A stretch of 64,000 nt of DNA. Source: Rhizobacter sp. Lineage in GTDB: Bacteria; Pseudomonadota; Gammaproteobacteria; Burkholderiales; Burkholderiaceae_C. The first letter of the stretch is position 1. Every line of letters begins with the position of its first letter. Below, in pieces: positions 61,015 to 64,000 of this stretch. The notes beneath the pieces are model-generated. The model was given only the letters and a program-made list of their open reading frames with translations. It ran no database searches and was not told where the DNA came from. The position numbers and the translations under genes are program-made. The stretch lies in the NCBI GenBank assembly GCA_021153565.1, contig JAJKJU010000176.1, positions 1,128 to 65,127 on the forward strand. The letters run 5' to 3'.

Positions 61015-61784
61015 ACTACCGGACGCTGAAGCTGCGGCGCCAGGGGCCGGCGTGGCATGTGCAGCTGAACCGGCCGGAGGCCGGCAACACGATCGACGCC
61101 CGCATGGTGGGCGAGCTGGAGGACGTGCTGGGCACCCTCGTCCCCGGCTCGGGCGCTTCCATCCTGGTGCTCGAAGGCCAGCCGGAGGTGTTCAGCCTGG
61201 GCGCGGACTTCGGGGAAATCGGCGCGGCCGCGGCCGACGGGCAGGGCATGGCCTTCGATCCGCAGCAACTGTTCGGCGTGCTCGAGCGCCTGGCCTTCGG
61301 CGACGTGATCTCGGTGGCCCACGTGCGCGGCAAGGCCCATGCCGGTGGCGTGGGCCTCGCGGCGGCTTGCGACGTCGTGCTCGCCGACGCGAGTGCGGTG
61401 TTCAGCCTGTCCGAGCTGCTGTTCGGGCTGGCGCCGGCGGTGATCTTTCCGTTCCTCCTGCGGCGCCTGGGCTTCCAGCGCGCGCACTACCTTGCCAGCA
61501 CGACGCAGCCGGTGGGCGCGCGGCAAGCCTGTGAATGGGGTCTGGTGGACGCCTTCGAGGAACGAAGCGATCTGCTGCTGGCCCGGCACCTGTCGCGCAT
61601 GCGCCGCATGCCGGCCGCCGCGGTCGCGCGCTACAAGGCCTACGTGCGCGAGCTTGCCGCGCTGCCGGCCGGTACGCGCGAGGCCGCCTTGCGGCTGAGC
61701 AAGGCCATGTTCGCCGACCCGCAAAGCATGGCCGCGATCCGGCGCTATGCGGAGCAAGGGCTGTTTCCGTGGGAAACGGCCTGA
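61011..61784 (+). CDS. crotonase-fold enoyl-CoA hydratase, ECH1 (dehydratase) type of beta-branching cassettes (PksH/CurE type)
   Basis: GTG 61011 overlaps the HMGS stop (GTGA). LNRPEAGNTID, GADF, FSLSELLFGLAPAVIFPFLLRRLG and the C-terminal GLFPWETA match my recollection of the PksH-type ECH1, not the PksI-type ECH2. The exact start (GTG 61011 or a downstream ATG) is uncertain. Confidence 0.8.
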   Translation: MNYRTLKLRRQGPAWHVQLNRPEAGNTIDARMVGELEDVLGTLVPGSGASILVLEGQPEVFSLGADFGEIGAAAADGQGMAFDPQQLFGVLERLAFGDVISVAHVRGKAHAGGVGLAAACDVVLADASAVFSLSELLFGLAPAVIFPFLLRRLGFQRAHYLASTTQPVGARQACEWGLVDAFEERSDLLLARHLSRMRRMPAAAVARYKAYVRELAALPAGTREAALRLSKAMFADPQSMAAIRRYAEQGLFPWETA

Positions 61785-61946
61785 GAGGCTGAGAGTATTT
61801 CGATCATGCCCGCTCATCACGCCAGAAGGCGCCCGCTCGTCGTTGCAAATGCCCGCCATAGCCCGAGCTATGGCTGTGCTTTGCGCCTGGATCGGCCACC
61901 TTCTGGCGCGCTGCTCGGGCACGCTCGAAAAACTCTCAGCCTCTGA
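61781..61946. repeat. MITE/REP-like long imperfect palindrome, complete copy, in the ECH-AT intergenic region
   Basis: The 13-nt terminal inverted repeats are AGAGGCTGAGAGT (61784-61796) and ACTCTCAGCCTCT (61932-61944). An internal inverted repeat pairs CGCCAGAAGG (61820-61829) with CCTTCTGGCG (61898-61907). The central hairpin is GCCATAGC-ccga-GCTATGGC (61855-61874). By hand alignment about 52 of 71 arm positions are complementary. The ECH stop TGA (61782-61784) lies inside the repeat. Confidence 0.8.
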
Positions 61947-61974
61947 ATCCAGACATCTCTAGAAGGGAAGAAGA

Positions 61975-63906
61975 ATGAAGACCAAGACCGTATGCATGTT
62001 CCCGGGCCAAGGCTCGCAATTCGGGGGCATGGGCGAAGCACTGTTCGAGCGCTACCCCGACCTGGCGGCGCAGGCCGACGCCTGCCTGGGCTACTCGCTG
62101 CGCGAGCTGTGCGTGCGCGATCCGGACCACGTGCTCAGCCACACGCAGTACACCCAGCCCGCGCTGTACGTCGTGGGCGCGCTGGCTTACCTGGACTGGC
62201 GGGCCCAGGGCCATCCGGCGCCCGACTACGTGGCCGGTCACAGCCTGGGCGAGTACTGTGCGCTGTTCGCCGCGGGTGCGTTCGACTTCATCACCGGGCT
62301 GAAGCTGGTGAGCAGGCGCGGCGAGCTGATGAGCCGCGCGCCCAAGGGCGCGATGGCGGCCATCCTCAACATCGACCCGCCGAGCGTCGAGCGCGTGCTG
62401 GCTTCGCTGCCATTCAGGAACATCGACCTGGCCAACATCAATTCGCGCAAGCAGTGCATCATCTCCGGCCTGTACGAGGAGATCCACGCGCCCCAGCTGC
62501 AACAGGCCTTCGCCGAGGCGGGCGCAAGCGTCCTGCCGCTGAACGTGAGCGCCGCATTCCACTCCCGCTGCATGAAGGACGTGGAGGGCGAGTTCGGCCG
62601 CTTCCTCTCGCAGTTCAACTTCGGCGAGCTGAAGATCCCGGTGGTGGCCAACTACACGGCACGCCCGTATCCGTCCACCGGCTATTTGGACCTGCTGCGC
62701 TTGCAGATCTCCCATTCGGTGCGCTGGTACGAATCGGCCTCCTGGCTGCTGGCGCAAGGCTGCACCCACTTTCAAGAGCTGGGTGCCGGCGAGGTGCTTG
62801 CCAGGCTGCAGGTCAAGATCGCGGCCGATCCGCTGGTGCTGCCGCTCGACGAGGCGCCAGCCGCGGCCGCGCCATCCACGGCGCCGCGCCCCGGCGCGAA
62901 TCCGGACCTGCAACCGGGCATGCGCCCCGCGCCGCGCCGCCGGGCGAGGCTGGTGTTCATGTACGCGGGGCAGGGCAGCCAGTACTACCGCATGGGCCAG
63001 CAGCTGTACGACACCCACGAGGTGTTCCGCGGCGCCATGGACCGCTGCGCGCAGGAGTACCGCGAGCTCACCGGGCAGTCGCTGCTGGACCTGCTCTACC
63101 ACGGCCCGGGCAAGGGCACGCCCTTCGTCGAGTTGCAAGGCTCGCATGGGGCGCTGTTCAGCATCGGCCATTCGCTCACCGAAACCCTGCGGGCCGAAGG
63201 CTTCGAGCCGGACGCAGTGCTGGGGCACAGCCTGGGCGAGTACGTGGCGTGCGCCGTCGCGGGCGCCCTGGATTGGCGTCAGGCGCTGCGCCTGGTCCTG
63301 CGCCAGTCGACCCTGTTCGGGCCGCTGGTGGGGCAGGGAGGGCTGCTCAGCGTGCTGGCCGAACCGCGCTTGTTCGAGCAGCGTCCGGCACTGTTCGGCG
63401 ACCTCGCGCTCGCCGGCGTGAACTACCAGGGCAACTTCCTGCTCAGCGGCCGGCATGCGGCGCTGGAGCTGGCGCAGGCCCGGCTGGAGGATGAAGGCAT
63501 CGTCTGCATCCGGCTGCCGGTGCCGGCGGCCTTCCATTCGCCGGAACTCGATCCGTTCGAGCAAGCCTTCGTGAGCGCGGTGCGGGAGATGCCCATCCAC
63601 CGGCCGCGGCTGCCGATGTATTCGGCTGCCACCGCGGCGGTGCTCGGCTCCGAGTGGCTCGAAGACCATGCCGCTCATTTCTGGCGCGTCGTGCGCGAGC
63701 CGATCCGCTTCGACCGGCTGATCGACTGCGCGTTCGAGGAGGCGGGCGACGTCTATTTCGTGGACCTCAGTGCAAGCGGCTCCTTCGCCAACTTCATGAA
63801 GTATGGCTTCCCGGGCCGCCAGCCTTGCCGCAGCGCGATCAACCAGTTCGGCAATGACAAGGCCTCCCTGTCCGCGCTGCTCGCCGATCTGCGTGCGCTC
63901 GGCTGA
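61975..63906 (+). CDS. discrete trans-acting acyltransferase didomain (AT-AT; one half may be an acyl-hydrolase proofreader)
   Basis: ATG 61975 follows GAAGGGAAG. First half: FPGQGSQFGGMG, GHSLGE (Ser 62242-62244), SAAFHS. A Pro/Ala-rich linker spans ~62830-62945. Second half: YAGQGSQYYRMG, GHSLGE (Ser 63229-63231), PAAFHS. This is the only GQGSQ/GHSxG acyltransferase signature pair in the window. Confidence 0.9.
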   Translation: MKTKTVCMFPGQGSQFGGMGEALFERYPDLAAQADACLGYSLRELCVRDPDHVLSHTQYTQPALYVVGALAYLDWRAQGHPAPDYVAGHSLGEYCALFAAGAFDFITGLKLVSRRGELMSRAPKGAMAAILNIDPPSVERVLASLPFRNIDLANINSRKQCIISGLYEEIHAPQLQQAFAEAGASVLPLNVSAAFHSRCMKDVEGEFGRFLSQFNFGELKIPVVANYTARPYPSTGYLDLLRLQISHSVRWYESASWLLAQGCTHFQELGAGEVLARLQVKIAADPLVLPLDEAPAAAAPSTAPRPGANPDLQPGMRPAPRRRARLVFMYAGQGSQYYRMGQQLYDTHEVFRGAMDRCAQEYRELTGQSLLDLLYHGPGKGTPFVELQGSHGALFSIGHSLTETLRAEGFEPDAVLGHSLGEYVACAVAGALDWRQALRLVLRQSTLFGPLVGQGGLLSVLAEPRLFEQRPALFGDLALAGVNYQGNFLLSGRHAALELAQARLEDEGIVCIRLPVPAAFHSPELDPFEQAFVSAVREMPIHRPRLPMYSAATAAVLGSEWLEDHAAHFWRVVREPIRFDRLIDCAFEEAGDVYFVDLSASGSFANFMKYGFPGRQPCRSAINQFGNDKASLSALLADLRALG

Positions 63907-64000
63907 GAGGCTGAGAGTATTTCGATCATGCCCGCTCATCACGCCAGAAGGCGCCCGCTCGTCGTTGCAAATGCTCGCCATAGCCCGAGCTATGGCTGCG
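63903..64000. repeat. second copy of the same element, cut by the window edge
   Basis: 63903-64000 matches 61781-61878 at 96 of 98 positions. The mismatches are 61853 C vs 63975 T and 61877 T vs 63999 C. The AT-AT stop TGA (63904-63906) occupies the same repeat position as the ECH stop. Confidence 0.85.

Noticed and set aside
61843-61874. TTGCAA inside the repeat element as an outward -35 box for the AT gene, and the GCCATAGC/GCTATGGC hairpin as an intrinsic terminator.
   Set aside because: No acceptable -10 hexamer lies at 16-19 nt spacing (AGCTAT and TATGGC match TATAAT poorly). The hairpin is not followed by a T-tract. A structural or mobile-repeat interpretation fits better.
1-64000. tRNA, rRNA, CRISPR arrays, transposase/integrase genes, regulators, transporters, PPTase, MbtH-like genes.
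   Set aside because: Nothing of these kinds could be supported. The only non-coding stretches longer than 50 nt are the two repeat-element regions.

Overview
The window is very GC-rich bacterial DNA and is one same-strand, tightly packed segment of a biosynthetic gene cluster. I found no convincing minus-strand genes, RNA genes or CRISPR arrays.

Five megasynthase genes (the first cut by the window edge) encode a trans-AT polyketide synthase / NRPS hybrid. It has 10 KS domains, two of which are KS0 with the HGTGT His lost, and 6 adenylation domains. There is no in-line acyltransferase.

Hand-read specificity codes give Gly, Gly, Ser, Thr, Thr and one I could not assign.

Downstream lie a beta-branching cassette (donor ACP, Cys->Ser decarboxylating KS, HMG-CoA-synthase homologue, ECH1-type crotonase) and a discrete AT-AT didomain gene.

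Most notable observations:
1. The donor ACP is interrupted by a TAG codon exactly at the phosphopantetheinyl-serine position.
2. A class-I methyltransferase plus alpha/beta-hydrolase didomain sits between a KS and a Trp-flagged triple ACP. This is where an ECH2 decarboxylase would normally be, and no ECH2 is visible in the window.
3. Two adenylation domains are interrupted by methyltransferases: an FkbM-like one in a Thr domain and an N-MT-type one.
4. The last NRPS ends in a condensation-like domain whose HHxxxDG motif reads PWGIFDG. No canonical TE is present.
5. Near-identical long imperfect-palindrome (MITE/REP-like) elements bracket the AT-AT gene and contain the stop codons of two genes.

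I could not match the cluster to a named pathway from the sequence alone. All domain boundaries are eye estimates (about +/-100 nt). Catalytic-residue codon coordinates were checked for reading frame.
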